DNA of 64,000 bases from Candidatus Woykebacteria bacterium (GCA_040876265.1 JBBDPN010000002.1:100818-164817); one strand, 5' to 3'. Shown: positions 26,207 to 35,235, counted from the stretch's first letter. The notes: generated by a model not told the origin, from the letters alone. Numbers and translations are program-made.

Positions 26207-26298
26207 TGGCGGAGGGAGGAGGATTCGAACCTCCGAGGGCCTTACGACCCAACCGCTTTTCGAGAGCGGCGCATTAAACCGGGCTCTGCCATCCCTCC
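26207..26298 (-). tRNA. tRNA-Ser (anticodon CGA), long variable arm
   Basis: GGAGGGA..anticodon loop CTCGAAA..variable arm..GGAGGTTCGAATCCTCC..TCCCTCC-G-CCA; 1 nt from tRNA-Arg. Confidence 0.8.
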
Positions 26299-26309
26299 AA
26301 GTTTTAAAC

Positions 26310-26386
26310 TGGCGCGCTCGGTGAGACTCGAACTCACAACCTCCAGCTCCGCAAGCTGATGCTCTATCCTATTGAGCTACGAGCGC
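26310..26386 (-). tRNA. tRNA-Arg (anticodon read as GCG; isoacceptor assignment less certain)
   Basis: GCGCTCG-TA-GCTC..GAGC..anticodon loop TTGCGGA..GTGAGTTCGAGTCTCAC-CGAGCGC-G-CCA. Confidence 0.65.
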
Positions 26387-26540
26387 ACTCTATAGACCGC
26401 TCCATACTTCAAAACCAAGGTTTTTCAGTATTCCCGCGTCCTGCGACCACTCGCCTCGCGAAGCGGGCTTCGTGGGCTACCAATTGAACTACGGGGACAA
26501 AGTTTTCCAATTGTATCAAATGAAGCTTTTTGTCGCAAAG

Positions 26541-27191
26541 CTAGCTAGTAAGTTTGTGGAAGCCGTTGGAGAAAAAATCTGCGGCTGTATCTAGCCAAGT
26601 AGTTTTTGGCAATTCTCGATAGGGAATGTAACGGGCGAGGATTTCCCTTATCTTTTCCAAATCATGTTTGTTTATTAAAATAATTAGTCTCCTTGGCCAC
26701 TGTAAGTAAGTGTCTATGTACAAAATTGTAAAATTATTTTTTTCGCTGCTCCAAAAATCATCCAGTTCTTCCCAAATGTAACTATGCCCAGCAGTATTTA
26801 TACCTTGCGTGGTGATTTCATTTTCAATTGTTTCTGGTGGTATCGTCGAAAGGATATAAGCCACAAAAGCAAGTGCTAAAACAGGTGCGATGATGAAAAA
26901 TTCACGCACAAAAAGCAGGATTAGAATAATGGTCGCTACCAGCAAAAAGGTGTAGATAAACCATTTGGAACCTCTTTTGGTATATGGTCTGGAAAAACTC
27001 TGCCAACGAAATAGACTCTTTACTGATTTTTGCTTTTTCTTGCCTGTTTCAAGCCCCGAAATTTGCTCTTGCAGGCGCTCTACTTCTGCTTTTAAGGTTT
27101 TGACGGCACTTTGGGACGGCATTTGGTCTCCTAAAATTATTTTAAACCAAAAAATAAAATAGTGAAAGGGGTGTGGTTTACTCCTTAACAC
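26541..27191 (-). CDS. hypothetical membrane protein with N-terminal coiled-coil segment
   Basis: two TM helices; no family; probable start at internal MPSQSAVKTLKAE. Confidence 0.4.
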   Translation of the reverse strand: MLRSKPHPFHYFIFWFKIILGDQMPSQSAVKTLKAEVERLQEQISGLETGKKKQKSVKSLFRWQSFSRPYTKRGSKWFIYTFLLVATIILILLFVREFFIIAPVLALAFVAYILSTIPPETIENEITTQGINTAGHSYIWEELDDFWSSEKNNFTILYIDTYLQWPRRLIILINKHDLEKIREILARYIPYRELPKTTWLDTAADFFSNGFHKLTS

Positions 27192-27444
27192 CTTGGCGGT
27201 GTCTGTTTGAAAATATCCGAACGGAACTCTCTGGGCTCGGTGGGCGGAATTCCCCCCTCACCACCCTTCCGCCCGCCTCGCCTTGAACGGGAGCGGAAAG
27301 GCAAACTGCCAAAGAACCTGTTGAGAATGTCGGTTCGAACTTTACGAAGGCCAAAAGCGGGCTTTTCTTTACGGAATGAACCTTTTTTGATATCATACTC
27401 TTGAAAACATATCCATGAGTTGATGATATCAAAGTTTTGAAACC

Positions 27445-27642
27445 ATGGCAACAATAGGCGAGAATATCAAGAAATACCGCAACAAACTTGGCTTGACGCA
27501 AGACGATTTAGTGAGAAAGGCAGGTGTGAAGTACACCACCCTTACAAAAATCGAGGGCGACTTTGTGCAAAAGCCGAGTGTTCAGATGATAGCGAAAATC
27601 GCGAAGGCTTTGGACGTTTCAATAGAAGAATTGATAAAATAA
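27445..27642 (+). CDS. XRE-family helix-turn-helix transcriptional regulator
   Basis: IKKYRNKLGLTQDDLVRKAGVKYTTLTKIE HTH_3 pattern; 65 aa. Confidence 0.85.
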   Translation: MATIGENIKKYRNKLGLTQDDLVRKAGVKYTTLTKIEGDFVQKPSVQMIAKIAKALDVSIEELIK

Positions 27643-27651
27643 ATAACCTCC

Positions 27652-28242
27652 ATGAAAGATTCCATAACAAAACAGGAAGAGCTTGCAGAGCGTAAAGAAA
27701 ACAGGGAGGAAGATGTTATTAAGGAGCGAGTCGATCATCTCATTGAGCATCGGATTCCTTGGTTGATTCTGGGTATTTTAGGCGGATTTGTAGCTACTTT
27801 TGTTGTTTCAAAATACGAAGCAATTCTATCTGCCGATGTTCGACTCGCTTTTTTTATTCCCATCATTGTCTACTTAAGTGACGCGGTGGGAACTCAAACT
27901 GAAACTATCTATGTCCGCGTGCTTTCAGAAAAGAAAAAAATAAATTTTTACAAATACATTATTAAAGAAAGTTTTGTTGGGCTTGGTTTGGGTACCATTT
28001 CCGGAATACTTTTGGGGATTTTTGCTAACTATTGGCTTACATCGTCTCTGATTGGACTTACGATAGGAATTACAATGGTTATCAATCTTACTTTCGCGCC
28101 TATTCTTGCGGTTCTTATACCCAGCATTCTCTACAAGAAACATGCCGATCCTGCACTGGGCTCGGGCCCCGTTGCCACTATTATTCAAGATGTGATTAGT
28201 TTATTGGTTTATTTCCTAGTTGCGAGCTTTATTCTTTTTTGA
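27652..28242 (+). CDS. MgtE-family divalent-cation transporter, transmembrane domain only
   Basis: C-terminal DPALGSGPVATIIQDVISLLVYF matches MgtE TM5 signature; lacks MgtE N-terminal and CBS domains. Confidence 0.55.
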   Translation: MKDSITKQEELAERKENREEDVIKERVDHLIEHRIPWLILGILGGFVATFVVSKYEAILSADVRLAFFIPIIVYLSDAVGTQTETIYVRVLSEKKKINFYKYIIKESFVGLGLGTISGILLGIFANYWLTSSLIGLTIGITMVINLTFAPILAVLIPSILYKKHADPALGSGPVATIIQDVISLLVYFLVASFILF

Positions 28243-28332
28243 GAATTTGCCGCCAAAGAACCTGGCCGAACGGTGTTCGGCGAAATGCTGGATCGGATTT
28301 GCGCGGGCGAGCCAATGACTTCATTTCCTAAC

Positions 28333-28422
28333 TGGCGGAGAGGGTGGGATTCGAACCCACGAAGAGCTTGCGCCCTTAGCGGTTTTCAAGACCGCCGCAC
28401 TAGTCCACTATGCGACCTCTCC
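28333..28422 (-). tRNA. tRNA-Ser (anticodon TGA)
   Basis: GGAGAGG..anticodon loop CTTGAAA..long variable arm..GTGGGTTCGAATCCCAC..CCTCTCC-G-CCA. Confidence 0.85.
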
Positions 28423-28488
28423 ACTTCAGTTCACAGTAAGTTCACTGCAAGCTACTCAGTGGAACGTTTCCATTGAGGGTAAGCGAAA

Positions 28489-28581
28489 TGGCGGAGGGAG
28501 TGGGATTCGAACCCACGCGGCAGCTTTTAAACCACCAACGGTTTAGCAAACCGTCGCCTTAAACCACTCGGCCATCCCTCC
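28489..28581 (-). tRNA. tRNA-Ser (anticodon GCT)
   Basis: GGAGGGA-TG-GCCGAGTGGTTTAAGGCGAC..anticodon loop TTGCTAA..GTGGGTTCGAATCCCAC-TCCCTCC-G-CCA. Confidence 0.85.
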
Positions 28582-28616
28582 AAACACGCCAATTTTAGCA
28601 AAAAACCCCTTCAAGT

Positions 28617-29294
28617 TCAATGAGAACTAGCCAAGGTGATACCCCACACCTTGTTTGCTCCTTTTCTTTTTATGGCTGCGCCAGCGGCTTTTAGAGTTGC
28701 TCCGGTTGTCCAGACATCGTCGAAAACGATAAAATTTCTTCCCGAAACAGTCTCTTTCGGTAAAGATTGAAAGCTCCACTTCATTTGTTTTAATCTTTCT
28801 TTTCTTTTCAACCATACCTGGGGCTGTGTTTCTCTTGTCTTTTTTAGGAACTCCGGTTCATAAACCGCTTTTATACTCTTACTAAACAAGTCTCCCAAAA
28901 CTTCGGCTTGATTAAAACCTCTCCATCTTTTGCGAGAAGCGGAGAGGGGGATTGGAACCAGTGTGTAGCCAGAAAAATCGTACTTGCCCAGAGTTTTTAT
29001 TTTTCGCAGTTCCGCTTTTAAAACTTGCCTCAGATCAGTTACAAATCTGTACTTCAACGCGGTAACAATTTCTTTCATTGGGCTTTTATACTCATATATA
29101 CAAATCAGCCCGTCCAAAGACCAACTTCCTTTGCATTTACTGTGGGTGGTACCACCAATCGCTGCTTTTAAACATACCGGACAAAAAGATTTGGCTGGTT
29201 GTATTTTCGTTCTATCCGATTCGCACAAGTAACTTCCAAATTTTCCACAAGCTACACAGGTTTTTGGAAAGATTAGATCGAGTAACCCCATCAT
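28617..29294 (-). CDS. comF: ComF-family protein (double zinc ribbon + phosphoribosyltransferase domain)
   Basis: N-terminal CxxC pairs (CVACGKF..C...CPVC), C-terminal PRTase motif IVFDDVWTTGATL. Confidence 0.8.
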   Translation of the reverse strand: MMGLLDLIFPKTCVACGKFGSYLCESDRTKIQPAKSFCPVCLKAAIGGTTHSKCKGSWSLDGLICIYEYKSPMKEIVTALKYRFVTDLRQVLKAELRKIKTLGKYDFSGYTLVPIPLSASRKRWRGFNQAEVLGDLFSKSIKAVYEPEFLKKTRETQPQVWLKRKERLKQMKWSFQSLPKETVSGRNFIVFDDVWTTGATLKAAGAAIKRKGANKVWGITLASSH

Positions 29295-29430
29295 TGATAT
29301 TATAGTTCGCTCCGCACTTCCCCGCTCTTACTAAGAAAGGGTGGGGTCAGTACTCCCGCGTCCTGCCTGACCGTCCGGCAGGCGGGCGACCATTTCCTCC
29401 GATCAAATCGGAGTTCGCGGTCGAAGCACA

Positions 29431-29460
29431 CAAAAACCCACCTTTTAAGTGGGTTTTTGT
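29431..29460. terminator. bidirectional intrinsic terminator hairpin (AAAAACCCAC-CTTTTAA-GTGGGTTTTTGTG)
   Basis: 7-bp GC-containing stem flanked by A-run and T-run; sits immediately 3' of tmRNA. Confidence 0.6.
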
Positions 29461-29462
29461 GA

Positions 29463-29826
29463 TGGTGGAGCTGCCCGGCTCTTCCCCGGGGTCCGAAAAA
29501 AGAAACGACTATTAGATACTACAAGCTTATCTAACCTTAAATTTCCTTTAAGCCTCCTGGTTAGAACGATAAAGCTTAAAAGTTAGGTCTAATTGTTTAA
29601 GGACCGTTTTCAAAATGACCGATTCTGAATAAGTCCTCTTGGCTAAAGTTGTATCCCACACACTCCACCAAGAAAGAGACGTGCGAGATACCCGCTTTAC
29701 GCTACTGCGTAGGCGGGAGCCAAACGTTTGTTGGCAATTGTGTTTTGATCAGATTTTTTACGGTGTTTCCAATCGCCACCGGCTTGCACCAATAGTGCTT
29801 CTCTCCCGTCGAATATATACAGCCCC
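29463..29826 (-). ncRNA. ssrA: transfer-messenger RNA (ssrA/tmRNA), ~364 nt, standard one-piece
   Basis: 5' GGGGCTGTATATATTCGACGGGA... and 3' ...GGACCCCGGGGAAGAGCCGGGCAGCTCCACCA match tmRNA tRNA-like domain (cf. E. coli GGGGCUGAUUCUGGAUUCGACGGGA / GGACGCGGGUUCAACUCCCGCCAGCUCCACCA); internal ORF GCC AAC AAA CGT TTG GCT CCC GCC TAC GCA GTA GCG TAA gives tag ANKRLAPAYAVA; adjacent to smpB. Confidence 0.85.
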
Positions 29827-29859
29827 ATGAAATTAGATTTAAGTTGTAAGTCTTAGGAC

Positions 29860-30336
29860 TTAGGATTTGTTAAGGTGCTCTCTTTGGTACTTAAGTTTAT
29901 CGCTGCGGAGGAATTTTTGTGCTTCTTTCTCTTCCTCCCTACGTTTTATTGCTTCCCGTTTGTCGTATTTCTTCTTGCCTCTCGCGAGAGCGATCTGTAT
30001 TTTAGCATAATTGCGCATAAAATACAAGCGTGTGGGCACAATAGTCAGGTTGGTGCCGGCAAGTTTCCCAGCCAGGTAGTCGATTTCCTTTTTGTTGAGG
30101 AGTAGTTTGCGACTGCGACGACTATCAGTATCTGCCAAAGCCCCTTTTTCATACGCCGCTATGTGCGCGTTTGTTAGAAAAGCTTCGCCCCCGCGCAGTA
30201 ATACATAAGCTTCATCCAGGGATATTTTACCGGCTCGAACTTGCTTTATCTCATCACCGGTTAGCACGATACCAGCTTCGATTTTCTCCAAAAGTTCATA
30301 GTTGAACCCTGCTTTTTTATTAACAATCGGTTTCAT
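29860..30336 (-). CDS. smpB: SsrA-binding protein SmpB
   Basis: full-length SmpB similarity (GIVLTGDEIKQVR, LLLNKKEIDYL, basic C-terminal tail). Confidence 0.9.
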   Translation of the reverse strand: MKPIVNKKAGFNYELLEKIEAGIVLTGDEIKQVRAGKISLDEAYVLLRGGEAFLTNAHIAAYEKGALADTDSRRSRKLLLNKKEIDYLAGKLAGTNLTIVPTRLYFMRNYAKIQIALARGKKKYDKREAIKRREEEKEAQKFLRSDKLKYQREHLNKS

Positions 30337-32291
30337 TTTAACCTAAGTGACTTGACCCCATCTTTAACAAGCACGTAAACAGTTTTCGCAGCCTCGTTTA
30401 CAACTATAGCATCGGCGTCCTTTAAATCTTTATTTTTGTAAAATCCCAGGTATTTACCACTGCTTTTTTCAACAACAAAAATTCCACTCTGACCCTTATC
30501 TAAAATGTAAAGATTTTTAAGCCCTTCGCCGGTGAAAATATTAGCTATATCGGCGAAGGGTTTTGGCAAATTTGTAATTGAAAATGGATCTTCCCCTCCG
30601 GCAAAGAATTTAAAAATTTTATCTTTACTGGAAACCCACAAAGCTCCATCAACCGCAAAACTGGTTGGGTCAAATTTCAGTTCTTGCGAAAAGTAATTTT
30701 GCGGCCCTCCAAGACCATTACCAGCCGGAACGTACTTCCAAATCTGGTTCGCTGTCGGATCCAATAAATAAAGGTTGCCTCTATAAGCATCGGCAGCGAT
30801 AATTTTTTTCCACTCTTGTGAAGCTGAGGTTACACTTGTTTCAGCCCCTGTTTCAATATCAACCTTGAAAATTCCATCATTAGTCTGAGTATAAAGAGCG
30901 CTTCCGGAAACGGCTATATTTTGAAGTCCCTTTTTTTCTGAAACTATTATCGATGGTTCGCTGGTTGCCAAATCCACTTTGTAAACAGAACCGGTTCCAC
31001 TATCAAGCACGAGAACGGCCCCGGAGGCAAACTTTAATCCAGAAGTTTTTACCCCTCCTTTCAGAACCGAAAGGTCTGCTGCGTTTGTCAAGGTTACCGA
31101 GAAAATCTTATTTATTTGGGCAAAAAGGCTTTCTAGCTTTTTTTGTAATTCCTTTACTTTTAGATCGTTTTCCGAAAGCTTATCCAAAGCATCAGCGGCT
31201 TCTTGCAAATAGGTTGCGGCTTGGGCGGAATTTATGTCTTTCAGATTTTCCGCATCTTCAAGTTTATTTTCGATAGTATTGATTGCTTTTTCATATTTTT
31301 CCCTGCTTTGCCGACTGTTGTGGTTGACAAACCCAACCACGATACTTATGAGCAAAAGAGCCGCCAAAAATACCACAATTTGGAAAACCCTTTGACGTTT
31401 ACGCACGGTCCGATCACCCAATTCACCAGGTTGCGGCGGAAGCCAAGGCGAGAGGATAAAAAATGAAATTCTTCTTAGGGCTTCTTTTACATAAGGCGCC
31501 GCTTTACGGGTTAGCTCTTTCGCCTTTACCCAATACTTGTCCAAAAAAGATAATTTATTTGGTAGTGCTCGGAAAAAAGGCAAGATTTTTTCTTTCCAAA
31601 CCTCTGATCTCGTCACTACCAGTACAACACCGCTCCCTTTATCCTTGTCCAAATCGGCAATAAATACTGGCTGAACTGTTTCTACCGGCTCCTGAACAGA
31701 AAGTCGGACGCAAAAGGCGGTGCCTTCTCTCTCCTGTACCGCTTGCTTAATGGTACGCACAAGCTCATTAAAATCATCTCCACTGGCGAACTGGCCCAAA
31801 AAATCAATTCCTACGTTTGCCAAAAACTTTGGGTCAACGAAAAATACTGTATCCTTGTCTTTTAAAACTCCAGAAGCCGTTCTAACTACTTCTATTTTTC
31901 TAGCTTTGCCATCTCTTACCAAAACTACCCCAGTATCCCCTAACTTGGTCACATAGAGTACGGAACCCCACAGGTTGCCAATCACTAAGTCTGCTTTCAA
32001 TGCCTGCTGTTTCAAGCTGGCCGAAAACTGGTTGAGAGCTTCCTCCAAAACCTTTAAATTGCTTCCAGAAGCTGTATAGAAATAATTTTTGAAGCTATCA
32101 AAAAGCTGACGCGCCAAAATTAATTTTTTATCTTCAGGTTGGTCGCCGGCTAAAGCAATTAGGAAAAATAGAGAGCCTCGAGTTTGCTTTAATTCCTCCT
32201 CATCAGGCGTAGACTGGAAAGTAAAAGTGGCAGCTCCATCTTCTTTTTTTCCGCGTATTTCACTAGTCTGGGAAAACAAAATCTTTTCCAT
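30333..32291 (-). CDS. hypothetical membrane protein: N-terminal PP2C(PPM)-like domain, TM helix, coiled coil, C-terminal beta-rich repeat domain
   Basis: LGDTGVVLVRDGKARKIEV resembles PPM motif GDSRAYLLRDGKL; single TM (VFQIVVFLAALLLISIVVGFV); overlaps smpB start by 4 nt. Confidence 0.35.
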   Translation of the reverse strand: MEKILFSQTSEIRGKKEDGAATFTFQSTPDEEELKQTRGSLFFLIALAGDQPEDKKLILARQLFDSFKNYFYTASGSNLKVLEEALNQFSASLKQQALKADLVIGNLWGSVLYVTKLGDTGVVLVRDGKARKIEVVRTASGVLKDKDTVFFVDPKFLANVGIDFLGQFASGDDFNELVRTIKQAVQEREGTAFCVRLSVQEPVETVQPVFIADLDKDKGSGVVLVVTRSEVWKEKILPFFRALPNKLSFLDKYWVKAKELTRKAAPYVKEALRRISFFILSPWLPPQPGELGDRTVRKRQRVFQIVVFLAALLLISIVVGFVNHNSRQSREKYEKAINTIENKLEDAENLKDINSAQAATYLQEAADALDKLSENDLKVKELQKKLESLFAQINKIFSVTLTNAADLSVLKGGVKTSGLKFASGAVLVLDSGTGSVYKVDLATSEPSIIVSEKKGLQNIAVSGSALYTQTNDGIFKVDIETGAETSVTSASQEWKKIIAADAYRGNLYLLDPTANQIWKYVPAGNGLGGPQNYFSQELKFDPTSFAVDGALWVSSKDKIFKFFAGGEDPFSITNLPKPFADIANIFTGEGLKNLYILDKGQSGIFVVEKSSGKYLGFYKNKDLKDADAIVVNEAAKTVYVLVKDGVKSLRLK

Positions 32292-32294
32292 GGT

Positions 32295-32555
32295 TTAGTT
32301 GAGAATTAACAACAAGATGTTTGTGACCAAGAGAGCTAACGTTGCAAATAAATGTGTCAAAGCTAACGTATTTAGCAGCTCCCCTCTTGCCGTAGTAATA
32401 CTTTTATTCAAAATTCTAACTTGTTTTAAAACCAAAAACGCAAAAATCGTATACAGAGCCAGCCCAAAGAGTAAAAGCAAAAGGATCACAAAATCTACTT
32501 TCGCCACTAGATCGCCGCTTATATTATTGAGTTGGCTGATAAGATCTAGGTTCAT
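32295..32555 (-). CDS. small membrane protein, hypothetical
   Basis: two TM helices; overlaps upstream gene by 32 nt. Confidence 0.35.
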   Translation of the reverse strand: MNLDLISQLNNISGDLVAKVDFVILLLLLFGLALYTIFAFLVLKQVRILNKSITTARGELLNTLALTHLFATLALLVTNILLLILN

Positions 32556-33126
32556 GATGACCCGCTACCCCTCCTTTATACTTTGCTACTAGGTTCAAAA
32601 TCTGTTGGACACTGCCTTCCGGGTCTGGTATAGCGTGAAACTCAAAGTTAGGTAACGTACCGGCAGTTTGAATGTGAACATCTCCAAAATCAAAAAAATT
32701 TTGTAACACACCGTGCTTTGAATAGGTAACGTCTTCGACATTCCTTAAAGTCGTCTGGGAAATTTTCCTATGAAAAAGTCCAAAAAAATCAATATCTACA
32801 AGTCGTTTATTGGTGAGTACGTAAATATTGAAATACCAATGCAAAAACCACTGGAAAGCCCCACCGGCTATAACCAAGTCAAACACCAAAATTGATAAAT
32901 ACACTGTAGTTGGCTCTAGCGGCAACTCAAAAAACTGATTATTCGGCAAAAAGGCGACAACCCCCGTAGACAAAATTAATAAGAAGACCGCGACTAATAC
33001 CCAACCCACATTTATTATCGCGTGGGGTCTTAAAAAAAATAAAGTTTCTTCTTGCTTGTCTTCACCCTCAAATCTTAAATTCCGGTAATCTTGTGCTTGC
33101 ATAGTTAAATTGTAACCACCAGACAA
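32524..33126 (-). CDS. bacterial PH-domain (bPH_2/DUF304) membrane protein
   Basis: two TM helices followed by YVLTNKRLV... bPH core. Confidence 0.55.
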   Translation of the reverse strand: MSGGYNLTMQAQDYRNLRFEGEDKQEETLFFLRPHAIINVGWVLVAVFLLILSTGVVAFLPNNQFFELPLEPTTVYLSILVFDLVIAGGAFQWFLHWYFNIYVLTNKRLVDIDFFGLFHRKISQTTLRNVEDVTYSKHGVLQNFFDFGDVHIQTAGTLPNFEFHAIPDPEGSVQQILNLVAKYKGGVAGHHEPRSYQPTQ

Positions 33127-33151
33127 ACCTTGGTCAATTAAAATCTAGATG

Positions 33152-34912
33152 TCACTTAATTAGAACGTCGTAGAGAGAGGTCAAAATAACCAAATTTCCA
33201 AGTGAGCGCAGGTTAAATATTGACCGGAAGAAGCTTCCGGAAAACGTTTTACCAGTTGGATATTTGTTGCTTACGAATGTTAACGACGAGGTATGGCCCT
33301 TACCGTCAAAAGCGGTGATAACATTTGAAAGCGTTCCCACATCTTTAACCCCTAGTTTACTCAGCTCGCTTCTGACTTTACTGGCGGTCCAGCCAGGAGT
33401 ACGACCAGGACAGGCCGGGTTTTGGGAAAGATATTGATTATAATTACTGCTCTTTTGAGAAAGTAAGGCGGCGTTGAAGAGGTCAGTTATTTCTGCCTTT
33501 GTCAGCCAAGGAAAGGCCCCGGAGCAGCCCTTTCCGTTCCAAAAAGTATGGTACCAAGGACTACCACCGTACTTTGGGCCATCATAGGCTCCTTTGGGTC
33601 CAAAGTCTTTGATACCGCTAGCATAGGCTCGGGCACTACCCCAAACCTCTTGAGAAGAAAGGGTGTAACCACCGGCAGTGGATGCGTACCAAGCGGTAAT
33701 CGGCGAACCCGCGTAAGTTATCACAACTCCTTTTGTCGCGTTTACGGCCGAGCACCAGCGGCTATTATAAGTACCACTGCAGTTTAATTTATCGCTACTT
33801 GGACTGTAAACTTGGCATGATTGGCTGGTACAGATCGCGCTACCGGGGTTGGCCTGTATCCAATTCAAAGCGTAGGTACGAGCAGCAACTGCCTGAGCCT
33901 TCAGAGCTTCCATGTGCCAACTGCGCGGCATTTCGGAAATCCCTCTCAGGTAATTGCCCTCAAAAGAAATGTTTCCGTAGCCAGCCACATTTATCTTACT
34001 AGGAACTGGGTAGCTTCCCACCGAAACGCTCTTGTAGTAAGCCTTTAAAATGGTTTTGTAACTTTGGCCCGCAAGAGCCCGGCCGTATGCACCATACTGA
34101 CTCATGCCAACCCGGTGAGGGTAACCGTAAGTTAGAAATACGTAGGCGGGTGAAAATCCAGCGTTTGGTAAGGGCTCTGAAACAGGAGCGACATCACCAA
34201 CACTTTGGTTTTTTGAAGCTTTGGCAAGTTTCTCGGATATTAGCTTCTTTTGGGTGGAGGTTAGATTTTTCAGTGAAGACTCTATTTGGCCCACCTGGTA
34301 GGAAAGGAAATTTTGCTGGTTACTACTGGAAGCGATCTGGCCTTGGACAGCCGCGTATCTGGCAGCAATGGAGGCGGCCGCAGCTTCAAGATCATCTTTG
34401 ACAACCGCGATCTCATCACGAGTTTTCTGTATTTCCAGGACTTCTTCGTTAACAGCCGTGATGAGGTCTTTACTGGTATCAAGCACTTGTTTTTGAAATC
34501 CGGATAGGAGCGCAAAATCAGAAAATCCACCACTACTGATAAACAGTTCCAAGGGCGAGTCGCCAGGGTGTTTGTAGAGGAAACGCATTTGTTGGTCCCG
34601 GATATTTATCGCCACTTGCAGCTGGTCTCTTTTCTCGCTCAGATCTGCCTCCACTTGCGCCAAATCCTTTCTTATTGCCGCCACTTTTTTATTTGCACCA
34701 TCAAGCTCTGCGCTCGTGGTATAGGCAGCCGAATTTAGGGCGTTTATTTGCAGCTTTATATCCTCGATAGCTTTTTGGGTATCAGAGTACTCTTTGTTTT
34801 TCTGATCTATCTGTTTTTGCACATTGAGAAGATCATCCGCACTCGCAGCGGTGATTGATATGGTGAAAAGCAAACAAAATAGAAAGAAAAGACGGGCAGC
34901 TCTTTTTAGCAT
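33152..34912 (-). CDS. SpoIID/LytB-domain protein with N-terminal signal peptide and coiled coil
   Basis: HRVGMSQYGAYGRALAGQSYKTILKAYY matches SpoIID/LytB signature; W/G-rich C-terminal region. Confidence 0.6.
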   Translation of the reverse strand: MLKRAARLFFLFCLLFTISITAASADDLLNVQKQIDQKNKEYSDTQKAIEDIKLQINALNSAAYTTSAELDGANKKVAAIRKDLAQVEADLSEKRDQLQVAINIRDQQMRFLYKHPGDSPLELFISSGGFSDFALLSGFQKQVLDTSKDLITAVNEEVLEIQKTRDEIAVVKDDLEAAAASIAARYAAVQGQIASSSNQQNFLSYQVGQIESSLKNLTSTQKKLISEKLAKASKNQSVGDVAPVSEPLPNAGFSPAYVFLTYGYPHRVGMSQYGAYGRALAGQSYKTILKAYYKSVSVGSYPVPSKINVAGYGNISFEGNYLRGISEMPRSWHMEALKAQAVAARTYALNWIQANPGSAICTSQSCQVYSPSSDKLNCSGTYNSRWCSAVNATKGVVITYAGSPITAWYASTAGGYTLSSQEVWGSARAYASGIKDFGPKGAYDGPKYGGSPWYHTFWNGKGCSGAFPWLTKAEITDLFNAALLSQKSSNYNQYLSQNPACPGRTPGWTASKVRSELSKLGVKDVGTLSNVITAFDGKGHTSSLTFVSNKYPTGKTFSGSFFRSIFNLRSLGNLVILTSLYDVLIK

Positions 34913-35161
34913 ATTTTAGGTTGATTAGTACTAATATTTTAACCTATAAGTGCAACCTAAACAACTTTGTGTCGAAAAAAACTCTAACCAGGCAAAAGTT
35001 GCCTGGCGCAGGATTCGGGAATACTTGAAGAATTAAGAAGCTTGAAAATTCTGAAAGTATGGAGAATTCTATAGCCACAACAAACTCAACCTTACTGGCC
35101 CCTAACCTCTGGTCTCTTAATCAACAATTCCCATTCAATAGCTGTTCCCTGTTAGCTATTT

Positions 35162-35185
35162 GATAGGCAAGTGTACTTGCCTATC
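35162..35185. promoter_or_regulatory. perfect 11-bp inverted repeat GATAGGCAAGT-gt-ACTTGCCTATC, candidate operator ~50 nt upstream of the pilin-like gene array
   Basis: seen directly in sequence; located in 320-nt intergenic region before 35236. Confidence 0.4.
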
Positions 35186-35235
35186 GTTTGACACCCACCG
35201 ACCCACCAAGCTAAAATTAAACTAATCAACCTGCC

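Noticed and set aside
26400-26500. Possible fourth tRNA in the Arg-Ser-Arg cluster (GTCCCCGTAGTTCAATTGGTAG...)
   Set aside because: Has an acceptor/D-arm-like 5' end but no closing D-stem, no recognisable anticodon stem and no T-arm; treated as a fragment or other element
28273-28476. ORF-track + strand 67-aa ORF
   Set aside because: Overlaps and is antisense to tRNA-Ser(TGA); translation artefact (WDSNPRRA = T-arm complement)
29300-29460. Possible SRP RNA between comF and tmRNA
   Set aside because: Contains a GUCAGG-like stretch but lacks the conserved helix-8 GGAA/AGCA motifs; reported only as an unexplained structured repeat
29639-29830. ORF-track + strand 63-aa ORF
   Set aside because: Lies entirely inside the tmRNA gene on the opposite strand
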